From positions 1 to 11,072 of the forward strand of contig DAIUEN010000018.1 in NCBI GenBank assembly GCA_036845085.1: a DNA stretch of 11,072 nt. The letters run 5' to 3'. The first letter of the stretch is position 1; the number at the start of each line of letters is the position of its first letter. Below, in pieces: positions 1 through 6,235 of the stretch. Under the pieces are notes generated by a model. It ran no database searches and was not told the DNA's origin. It saw only the letters and a program-made list of their open reading frames with translations. Origin of the DNA: Candidatus Nanopusillus sp. (GTDB taxonomy: Archaea; Nanobdellota; Nanobdellia; Nanobdellales; Nanobdellaceae). Made by a program: the position numbers and the translations under genes.

Positions 1-58
1 GATTACTATTTATAATGTTACATATTAACTTATCTACAACTTTTTTGTATTCTTCCAT
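1..58 (-). CDS. Possible 5' end of a hypothetical protein gene that runs off the left edge (MEEYKKVVDKLICNIINSN...)
   Basis: The reverse complement of 1..58 starts with ATG (58..56) and reads 19 codons with no stop to the window edge. A TTAAAAA box lies on the minus strand at 87..81, which is -29..-23 from this ATG, the same spacing as other starts in the window. The fragment is too short to identify. Confidence 0.25.
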   Translation of the reverse strand, partial: MEEYKKVVDKLICNIINSN

Positions 59-80
59 TTATTAAAATTTATTTAATCTC

Positions 81-87
81 TTTTTAA
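81..87 (-). promoter_or_regulatory. Candidate TATA box (TTAAAAA) for the partial minus-strand ORF starting at 58
   Basis: It sits -29..-23 from the ATG at 58. AT-rich background makes chance matches likely. Confidence 0.2.
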
Positions 88-139
88 CATTTATTTAACA
101 TTATCTTAAGAGTTGTACAAAAAAAGGTTTAAAACTAAA

Positions 140-185
140 GTTAACATGTTAAATTGATTTGTTAAGAATAAGATAAATATCTATT
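140..185. repeat. Copy 1 of a perfect 46-bp direct repeat (gttaacatgttaaattgatttgttaagaataagataaatatctatt)
   Basis: Base-for-base identical to 213..258. It contains the perfect 12-bp palindrome TTAACATGTTAA at 141..152. Confidence 0.95.
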
Positions 186-212
186 AAAATGATTTTAATA
201 TGGTTATGCGAC

Positions 213-258
213 GTTAACATGTTAAATTGATTTGTTAAGAATAAGATAAATATCTATT
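213..258. repeat. Copy 2 of the perfect 46-bp direct repeat
   Basis: Identical to 140..185, with a 73-bp period and a 27-bp unique spacer (186..212). The palindrome TTAACATGTTAA lies at 214..225. Confidence 0.95.
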
Positions 259-263
259 CAAAG

Positions 264-285
264 TTTGTTAAAAAATATTAACAAA
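264..285. repeat. Inverted repeat TTTGTTAA-N6-TTAACAAA; possible terminator hairpin or operator downstream of the reverse-gyrase gene
   Basis: The 8-bp arms at 264..271 and 278..285 are exact reverse complements. On the minus strand the loop region reads as a T-run. It reuses the TGTTAA/TTAACA half-site seen in the 46-bp repeats. Confidence 0.3.
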
Positions 286-318
286 GAATCAATAATATTG
301 AGAATCAAATAGAAAATA

Positions 319-2085
319 TCAGGACAAAAACCACCTTAATTTGCTATCTAAACTTTTGAGTAATTTTTCATCATCTACAAAAACAATAGATAAACCTTTA
401 CTAATTCCGCCAGCATATAATCTAGAAGCTCTCCCAGACGCTTGAATATACGTTTTAACATCTACTACATTAGCGTATATATGACCATTCTCTATTTTTA
501 TAGATACATCTGGGTGATTATTTAATTTTTCTAAAATATAGGTATCCTTTATTTTTTGAGATACAATATTATAAAGGTCTCTTATCATCTTTAATAAATA
601 ACCACTAAATCCATCTAGTTCTTTATTATTTACAAAAGCATCCGAAATTAGAATCATAGCTTCTGATGATAATTTTTTTAGATTTTTATTTATATTATTA
701 ACTAATTTTCTGAGGTTTGATTTTTCATATTCGTTATCTAATATATCTATTAAAAGCTTTGATAGAGTTAATAAATCTGATATGTCTTTTTCTAAGTTAG
801 ATATATTTATTTTAATTGTTGGAATCCCTAGGAATATTACATATTTAATTCTAGTTGGTAAATCGATTCCTCTAACTAATATACCATAAGGATGTGCTAT
901 TCCTATCAAAATATTTATGTTTTTCTCAGCAAAATTTTGAATTATATCTGAAACTTCTTTTATATTACTGTGAACAAGTCCTACTTTATAACCCTTGTCT
1001 ATAAGAAAATTATATACATATTCTGCATATTCTATACCTTTATTTTTAGGAACAAATATAATAATACCATCTTTCAGAATATTTAATATTTTTAATAAAA
1101 CATTGAGTTCTTCTTCATCTTTAACTTTTACATATGCATCAATTATATTTCTCAACTTTGAAGAACTACTTCCTACTGAAAAAGATAAAAGTTCTCTATA
1201 CAATAAAGTTCTTTTACCCCTCAAAGAACCAGTAGCTGAAGACAGAATTAGAATACCTCTCTTTTTTTCTTTAATTTTTAAAAACTCTTTATAAATATTA
1301 CTATTAAAATCTAGTTTTCCAGCTAATTTCAAATCTAAAATCTCTTTTGCTAGTCTTATTTCCTCTTCTTTATATCCCAAAAGCTGCAAAGTTTTTTCTA
1401 TATTTTTAGATCCTTTAAAAAATGCATCTACATCGTCTACAAAAACTATATCGAACTCTTGGGATTTTATTTTATCAAAGGATTTTGACAAAAATTGATT
1501 AGAAATTACTAAAATGTCATAGTCTCTTTTTAATAATTTTTCTTCAAATTCTAATTTTTTCATATTGACCTTAGATAAAATTCTAATGTTCAAATTTACT
1601 TTTTTAGAAAATTTTACTAAATTATCATATGTTTGTTTTACTAGAATTCTGGTAGGTAATACTATTAAAATTTTATAATTATATTTATTTGCTAAATATA
1701 AAGAAGCTACGGAAATAAAAGTTGACTTTCCAACACCCGTAGGAGCTACTATTGAGAAGCTTTTTCTCTTTAAAATCCTTTTAAACCACATTAGCTGTAT
1801 CGACCATGGTTCAGATCCTAAAACAGATATAAAAAAGTCATAAAATGATTTAGTCTCTTGATATAACTTATAGTACTCCTCAAATTTCATCAACCTACCT
1901 TTATTTTTCAAGATACTGTAAAGATTATCATAAAAGACATCTTTTTCTTTAATTTTAGTCAAATCTGATTCCTCATCACTAGATACATCTAATTCACAAG
2001 GCAAAGAATTTACTAATCGATGAGAAGAAATATTACCTCCGCAATTAGGACATAAATTTTTTATTTTTAAATATATATCTTCCAT
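319..2085 (-). CDS. rgy: Reverse gyrase, stand-alone helicase-like (N-terminal) subunit; no topoisomerase IA domain in this gene or next to it
   Basis: 588-aa ORF. It has an N-terminal Zn-finger-like CPNCGG..x14..PC. The superfamily-2 helicase motifs appear in reverse-gyrase form: APTGVGKST (motif I), FVDDVDA (motif II), SSATG (motif III) and QASGRASR (motif VI) close to the C-terminus. The ORF ends about 40 aa after motif VI, and no topoisomerase ORF lies downstream in 1..318. Confidence 0.85.
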   Translation of the reverse strand: MEDIYLKIKNLCPNCGGNISSHRLVNSLPCELDVSSDEESDLTKIKEKDVFYDNLYSILKNKGRLMKFEEYYKLYQETKSFYDFFISVLGSEPWSIQLMWFKRILKRKSFSIVAPTGVGKSTFISVASLYLANKYNYKILIVLPTRILVKQTYDNLVKFSKKVNLNIRILSKVNMKKLEFEEKLLKRDYDILVISNQFLSKSFDKIKSQEFDIVFVDDVDAFFKGSKNIEKTLQLLGYKEEEIRLAKEILDLKLAGKLDFNSNIYKEFLKIKEKKRGILILSSATGSLRGKRTLLYRELLSFSVGSSSSKLRNIIDAYVKVKDEEELNVLLKILNILKDGIIIFVPKNKGIEYAEYVYNFLIDKGYKVGLVHSNIKEVSDIIQNFAEKNINILIGIAHPYGILVRGIDLPTRIKYVIFLGIPTIKINISNLEKDISDLLTLSKLLIDILDNEYEKSNLRKLVNNINKNLKKLSSEAMILISDAFVNNKELDGFSGYLLKMIRDLYNIVSQKIKDTYILEKLNNHPDVSIKIENGHIYANVVDVKTYIQASGRASRLYAGGISKGLSIVFVDDEKLLKSLDSKLRWFLS

Positions 2086-2093
2086 GATTTTTA

Positions 2094-2100
2094 TTTAAAA
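2094..2100 (+). promoter_or_regulatory. Candidate TATA box (TTTAAAA) for the GINS-like gene
   Basis: It sits -30..-24 from the ATG at 2124, consistent with a leaderless archaeal transcript. Confidence 0.4.
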
Positions 2101-2107
2101 ACTCCTC

Positions 2108-2114
2108 TTTTAAA
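2108..2114 (-). promoter_or_regulatory. Candidate TATA box (TTTAAAA on the minus strand) for the reverse-gyrase helicase gene
   Basis: It sits -29..-23 from the minus-strand ATG at 2085 and mirrors the box at 2094..2100 inside a 38-bp divergent intergenic region. Confidence 0.4.
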
Positions 2115-2123
2115 CTTTATTAT

Positions 2124-2747
2124 ATGGAAATAAAAGATTTGCATGTTATGATAGATGACGAGAAAAATTATAAAAGATTTGTAAGATTAGACAAAAACTT
2201 TTTCAGAAAGATATCAGAATCAATTAAGAAACTACAAAAAAATCTCGAAAATTTACCAAAAAACTCTAAAGAATACGTTGAATTAAAATTAAAAATAGAT
2301 AAAATAAATGAATATATCTTAAATCTCGAAATAATAAGAATAAAAAAAATAATAGAACTTACGATACAATCATTTCAAAATGATCTTGGAGATATAATAC
2401 CAAAAGACAATCTCACAGTTGAAGAAGAAGTTCTTAGCAAAATAATATATAACGCTTTAATTGGGTATAAAGAAATAATATTAAACAAATATTTAAATGG
2501 AGAAAACCCAAATATCAGAGAATATTTATCATTTGTATTAAAAGACATTCAAATAAAAGAGAAAAAACCAACAAAGAGTATTTCTATGATAGTTAAGCCT
2601 ATGAAAAAAATAGTGGGTAGTGGCCTTAAAGTATATGGACCTTTTAAAGAAAAAGATATAATTATATTAGATTCTAATTTTTCAACTAAGCTAGAAAACA
2701 TAAAAGTTGCTATTAATATTATAAAAGGTTATAAAGAAGAAAAATAA
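2124..2747 (+). CDS. GINS51 (Gins15)-like DNA replication complex subunit
   Basis: 207 aa. The helical N-terminal half follows the GINS A-domain pattern (L..DFF/FY-like 'LDKNFFRKISESIKKL', later 'IIRIKKIIELTI'). The C-terminal B-domain-like segment 'KVYGPFKEKDIIILDSNFSTKLENIKVAINI' matches the conserved archaeal Gins51 'YGPFk.gD...lp...a..L...g.A..I' signature as I remember it. No alignment was run. Confidence 0.55.
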   Translation: MEIKDLHVMIDDEKNYKRFVRLDKNFFRKISESIKKLQKNLENLPKNSKEYVELKLKIDKINEYILNLEIIRIKKIIELTIQSFQNDLGDIIPKDNLTVEEEVLSKIIYNALIGYKEIILNKYLNGENPNIREYLSFVLKDIQIKEKKPTKSISMIVKPMKKIVGSGLKVYGPFKEKDIIILDSNFSTKLENIKVAINIIKGYKEEK

Positions 2748-2754
2748 TATTAAG

Positions 2755-2762
2755 TTTATAAA
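2755..2762 (+). promoter_or_regulatory. Candidate TATA box (TTTATAAA) for rpl44e
   Basis: It sits -30..-23 from the ATG at 2785. Confidence 0.4.
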
Positions 2763-2784
2763 AATTTATTAAGATTATTCTAAA

Positions 2785-3102
2785 ATGAAAATACCAAAAG
2801 TTGTAAGTAAATATTGTCCACATTGCAACAAAAAAACAGAGCATAAAGTAATTATTGTTAAAGTAGCAAAAACAAGAACTGGTCTTGCTTGGGGGGCTAG
2901 AAGAGCAAGAGAAGGAAAAAAAGGAATCGGAAATAAAGGAAAATACAGTAAAAGACCACTAACACAAAGAAAAAGAGGAATTATAAAATCTTCTAAAGGT
3001 ATTGATCTAAGATTAGAATGCATGGTATGCAAAAAACAACACATATGGCATATAAGTGGAAGATATAAAAAAGTAGAATATTCCACATCTATAAGCAAAT
3101 GA
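2785..3102 (+). CDS. rpl44e: 50S ribosomal protein L44e (eL42)
   Basis: 105 aa and very basic. It has the start 'MKIPKVVSKYCPHCNKKTEHKV' and the second zinc-ribbon half 'LRLECMVCKKQH', which is the typical L44e CxxC...CxxC architecture and N-terminal motif. Confidence 0.9.
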   Translation: MKIPKVVSKYCPHCNKKTEHKVIIVKVAKTRTGLAWGARRAREGKKGIGNKGKYSKRPLTQRKRGIIKSSKGIDLRLECMVCKKQHIWHISGRYKKVEYSTSISK

Positions 3103-3617
3103 AAGCAAAATTTACTTTTGAAGTTACTTCTGATAAAAAAGAAATACTTCCACAAATATTCGAAAATATAGAAAAGAATATAAAAGAATTTAAATATATA
3201 AAAATACTTTCAGAAGAAAAAGGAGAACCATTAGAAAGAGAAATACAAGATCCCAATAATCCCAATGTAAAGATAAAAATTTATACCGCATATATAAATA
3301 TTTTAGCAGAACTCGAAGAGTTCGATCATTTACTAGATTTTATATTATGGTACGCTCCATCAAGAGTTGAAGTAGAAGACATAAAAGAAATAAAGATAAT
3401 TACTAAAGAAAAAGAAATAAAATATAATAAAGAAAAGGTTAATATTTTATTAAGTCAGATATCCAAAAGAATAATAGATATAAGTATACTACTATCTACT
3501 ATTATGGTACAAAATAGAATATTAGGGGAGAGATTAAAGAAATATGAACCTGATGCTGTAAAACCAATAGAGTTTAAACTGAATTTACCTACAAAAGAAA
3601 AAGATCAGCCAAAATAA
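3099..3617 (+). CDS. Hypothetical protein (172 aa, acidic/Lys-rich, Cys-free), translationally coupled to rpl44e
   Basis: Long ORF whose ATG overlaps the rpl44e stop (ATGA at 3099..3102). Its composition matches the other cytoplasmic proteins here. I recognise no family motif. Confidence 0.6.
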   Translation: MKAKFTFEVTSDKKEILPQIFENIEKNIKEFKYIKILSEEKGEPLEREIQDPNNPNVKIKIYTAYINILAELEEFDHLLDFILWYAPSRVEVEDIKEIKIITKEKEIKYNKEKVNILLSQISKRIIDISILLSTIMVQNRILGERLKKYEPDAVKPIEFKLNLPTKEKDQPK

Positions 3618-4402
3618 TATGTCTTTTTTTCCTCTTCTTTCTTTCTTTCTTGATCCTGAATTTGTCTTATTTCGTTTATTTTGCTCAAAATCTTATTACG
3701 ATATTCTCTTCCCTTTTCTGCTAGTTTTGAAACATTAATTGGTATATCATATATTTTTCCAAGAACATCTAAGACTTTTGCTGCTCCAAGATAACCATTA
3801 TACATATTTGTAGGATAAGTTTCAACTAAAATACCATAAGCTGGTATTTTATATAAATTTGTATAATATATTAAAGTACCAGCCATGCCCACGATATTGT
3901 TAGAAGTAAATTTTTCTATATTTCCGATTTTAACTAATATTTTTTCAGGGTTATAATATTTGTTAAAAAAGAATCTATATTTTGGATCTTCTGGCTCCAT
4001 GTCTAAAGCTAAACCACCTAAAGAAACTACTTCTTCAAAATTATATTTTTTCAATATATTTATAATATATTTAACAATTCTATATCTTTCTATTAAAGAT
4101 CTTACCGGGTCTTCAATTACTCCTGGCCAAAATTTCCCATAAAAAATAACTAGGTCTCTATTATCTAAACTTACTTTATAAAATTTGTATGAAAGTTCAT
4201 CAGTTACTAAACCATTTTTATTAATATAAAATGTATCTGGCACAACATAAGATACTATCTTTCCTATTATTTTACCATTTTTACTAGTAATTAATTCTTT
4301 TCCAACAATTCTAGCAATGTTCCCCATTCCTCCACCTACAGAATAGATAAAAACAGCATTTCTTAATTTTTCAAACTCTTTTTTATTAATAAGTATATCC
4401 AT
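3605..4402 (-). CDS. PAC2-family protein (proteasome assembly chaperone-like, COG1938 type)
   Basis: 265 aa. It lies immediately downstream of aIF2-alpha and Nop10, which is the conserved archaeal neighbourhood for PAC2/COG1938. It has an N-terminal 'VFIYSVGGGMGNIA' glycine-rich segment and a charged C-terminal tail. The family call rests on context plus general resemblance, not on an alignment. Confidence 0.6.
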   Translation of the reverse strand: MDILINKKEFEKLRNAVFIYSVGGGMGNIARIVGKELITSKNGKIIGKIVSYVVPDTFYINKNGLVTDELSYKFYKVSLDNRDLVIFYGKFWPGVIEDPVRSLIERYRIVKYIINILKKYNFEEVVSLGGLALDMEPEDPKYRFFFNKYYNPEKILVKIGNIEKFTSNNIVGMAGTLIYYTNLYKIPAYGILVETYPTNMYNGYLGAAKVLDVLGKIYDIPINVSKLAEKGREYRNKILSKINEIRQIQDQERKKEEEKKTYYFG

Positions 4403-4411
4403 AATCTTTAA

Positions 4412-4594
4412 TTATTCTAAAAACTTATATGACATATCCTTTTTCATCTTTCTTCTATAATCCCCCCAACGATCTTCTGGAGAAAACTTTGGAGGAATTG
4501 GAATAAAAGTTTTAGATCCACATTTTGTACATATTTCTTTAAATGTATAATCTTTACAAATAGGACATTTTCTTATTTCTTTACTTTTCTTCAT
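4412..4594 (-). CDS. nop10: H/ACA ribonucleoprotein complex subunit Nop10
   Basis: 60 aa. It has 'IRKCPICKDYTFKEICTKCGSKT' (zinc ribbon) followed by 'PPKFSPEDRWGDYRRK', the diagnostic Nop10 'P.RFSPED.y..YRR' motif. Confidence 0.9.
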   Translation of the reverse strand: MKKSKEIRKCPICKDYTFKEICTKCGSKTFIPIPPKFSPEDRWGDYRRKMKKDMSYKFLE

Positions 4595-5348
4595 TTATTT
4601 CATAAATTAAATTTTTACTCTTAGCAGCTTCCATAAACTTTTCTAGATTCTTCTTTGCCGATTGTATATCTTTTGGATTATAACTTACATACTCTAAGAG
4701 ATAGTCTGCAGCAGCTAAATATTTAATTTTAAACCCAAACTTTTCTATTTCTTTCAAAAATTCTTTTATTTTTATAATTCCATCTGGATCCAAACTATAT
4801 ATTAATAATCTGTATCTTATTTTATATTTTTGAGGATTCAAATATTCTTTAACGTATTTCAAAAGTAAATTTATATATTTCTTTTTAATTTTATATTTAG
4901 ACAAGGCTTCTTCTCCATGTAAATATAGATTTAAAAATGCAGTATATAATTTCTCTTGAGGAATTATCTTATAAACTATTTCATCTTCAAGTTCTTTTAT
5001 ATCTATATTTTCTTTTTCAGATATTATTTTAATTATATTATACGCTTGTATTTCCCTCTTATATTCTAAAATCTTTCCTTTTGCTTTGTTTTTATCAACT
5101 CTCTTTAATGATATTATTGATAATCTATTTATAGGATCTACATCCAAAACAACACCAATGGCTTTTCTGCCTTCTTTTACCACTTCTCTGACATTTGTTA
5201 TTCTCTTTGAAGATAACTCATCTATTGGTATTACACCATAGAATCTCTCAAATTCGTCTAATTTCACTTTTACAGAAAAATCTCCAATTTCTTCTATAGT
5301 TATTATTACATAATCATTTTTTTTAGGAACGTCTTTTCTTAAGTACAT
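4581..5348 (-). CDS. eif2a: Translation initiation factor aIF2 alpha subunit
   Basis: 255 aa. The N-terminal S1-like OB fold pattern is 'PKKNDYVIITIEEIGDFSVKVKLDEF..GVIPIDELSSKRITNVREVVKEGRKAIGVVLDVDP...ISLKRV'. The helical middle and alpha-beta C-terminal region have typical length. It is adjacent to nop10, with a 14-nt overlap. Confidence 0.85.
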   Translation of the reverse strand: MYLRKDVPKKNDYVIITIEEIGDFSVKVKLDEFERFYGVIPIDELSSKRITNVREVVKEGRKAIGVVLDVDPINRLSIISLKRVDKNKAKGKILEYKREIQAYNIIKIISEKENIDIKELEDEIVYKIIPQEKLYTAFLNLYLHGEEALSKYKIKKKYINLLLKYVKEYLNPQKYKIRYRLLIYSLDPDGIIKIKEFLKEIEKFGFKIKYLAAADYLLEYVSYNPKDIQSAKKNLEKFMEAAKSKNLIYEINEEK

Positions 5349-5364
5349 TATTATTTATCAATCG

Positions 5365-6231
5365 TTAACTTTTTATGACATTTACTGATGGTAATACATA
5401 GACCGACGTTACATAATAATCAAAAGTTAACATAACAACTATATTATCCATATCAGAAACTTTACCAAAGTTCACACGTAATATATATTTGTTATCCTTA
5501 TTTATAGAGGATGTATAACTATATGTGTTGTTTATTTTTATATCGGAAGTATAGATAAAAATTTTATAATTAAAAGAAATATTTTTTACATTAAAACTAT
5601 TTAAGTTACAACTATTTAACACATTTTCTTTAGTTACATAAAAATTACTCGTATTTTGTATATTATTAATGGAAAATTCTACTACAAGGTCTACACCATT
5701 TGGAGATGGAGAAAAATAAGCTTTATTTATTGCTATAGGAGAATTTACTGTAGTGCTATTTATATTTAAATTACAAATTTTTCGACTAGATATACAACCA
5801 TTTAACATAAAAATAGATTTATATTGATAACAAAGCAAAGCATTTACACTATAAGATTGAGATGTTAATAATTCTGGTTCTTCTAAAGAAATATATCCAT
5901 CTTTGGGCAAAACTATATTGTATTCATATTTAGAATATGCAACTTCTTCGCTGTTTATACAAAAATCACCAGAATATTTAAATGCAGGATCTTGAAAAGA
6001 TAATAAACATACTTTCCAAGGCAAATTATCAGATTCTTTTATTATAAGAGATATCTGAAATGGTGTTTTCGGATATATATTATATGGATAAGATTCTGAC
6101 GGATAAACATAAAAATAATTCATATTCACGTTAGATTTCTCTGCATTATCTGAAGAAAAACAACTAAGACCAAAAATAGATAAAATGGATAGAAATAGAA
6201 AAATTGGAAAAATATATATATTACCTTTCAT
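5365..6231 (-). CDS. Orphan exported protein, putative lipoprotein (signal peptide ending in lipobox G-L-S-C24)
   Basis: 288 aa. The start 'MKGNIYIFPIFLFLSILSIFGLSC' has an n-region Lys, a hydrophobic core and a lipobox-like GLSC. The mature part is rich in Asn, Ser, Tyr and Val, and it has 6 Cys after the lipobox Cys and many N-x-S/T sequons. The start is 4 bp after the upstream ORF's stop. Confidence 0.7.
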   Translation of the reverse strand: MKGNIYIFPIFLFLSILSIFGLSCFSSDNAEKSNVNMNYFYVYPSESYPYNIYPKTPFQISLIIKESDNLPWKVCLLSFQDPAFKYSGDFCINSEEVAYSKYEYNIVLPKDGYISLEEPELLTSQSYSVNALLCYQYKSIFMLNGCISSRKICNLNINSTTVNSPIAINKAYFSPSPNGVDLVVEFSINNIQNTSNFYVTKENVLNSCNLNSFNVKNISFNYKIFIYTSDIKINNTYSYTSSINKDNKYILRVNFGKVSDMDNIVVMLTFDYYVTSVYVLPSVNVIKS

Positions 6232-6235
6232 ATAA

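Noticed and set aside
140-258. The 46-bp direct repeats as a minimal CRISPR array
   Set aside because: There are only two copies. The 27-bp spacer is much shorter than the 46-bp repeat, the repeat is extremely AT-rich, and the window has no cas genes and no leader-like arrangement. A regulatory duplication is more plausible, but a genome-wide search for the repeat would settle it.
59-318. tRNA, split tRNA half or C/D-box sRNA in the long intergenic region
   Set aside because: There is no G+C-rich island, which structured RNAs of a thermophile with an AT-rich genome would be expected to show. There is no TGATGA (C box) on either strand, and the only CTGA (D box) on either strand overlaps the reverse-gyrase stop codon at 318..321. 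I saw no cloverleaf-compatible stems.
995-1294. 99-aa plus-strand ORF inside the reverse-gyrase gene
   Set aside because: It is antisense to a well-supported 588-aa CDS. The protein is low-complexity (Ser, Leu, Phe, Ile) and typical of shadow ORFs in AT-rich DNA, with no motif.
2775-3155. 126-aa minus-strand ORF overlapping rpl44e
   Set aside because: It is antisense to the clearly recognisable L44e gene, and its hydrophobic Phe/Leu-rich translation is a mirror artefact of the Lys/Glu-rich sense frame.
3099-3617. The 172-aa ORF as a divergent ribosomal protein S27e
   Set aside because: S27e is a zinc-ribbon protein of about 60 aa with four Cys. This ORF has no cysteine at all and is three times longer.
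3605-3625. C-terminal HbYX proteasome-activation motif on the PAC2-family protein
   Set aside because: The C-terminus is ...K-T-Y-Y-F-G. The penultimate residue is Phe, not Tyr, so it does not match hydrophobic-Tyr-X. The resemblance is suggestive but not a motif match.
3960-4142. 60-aa plus-strand ORF inside the PAC2-family gene
   Set aside because: It is a short antisense shadow ORF with no motif or promoter context.
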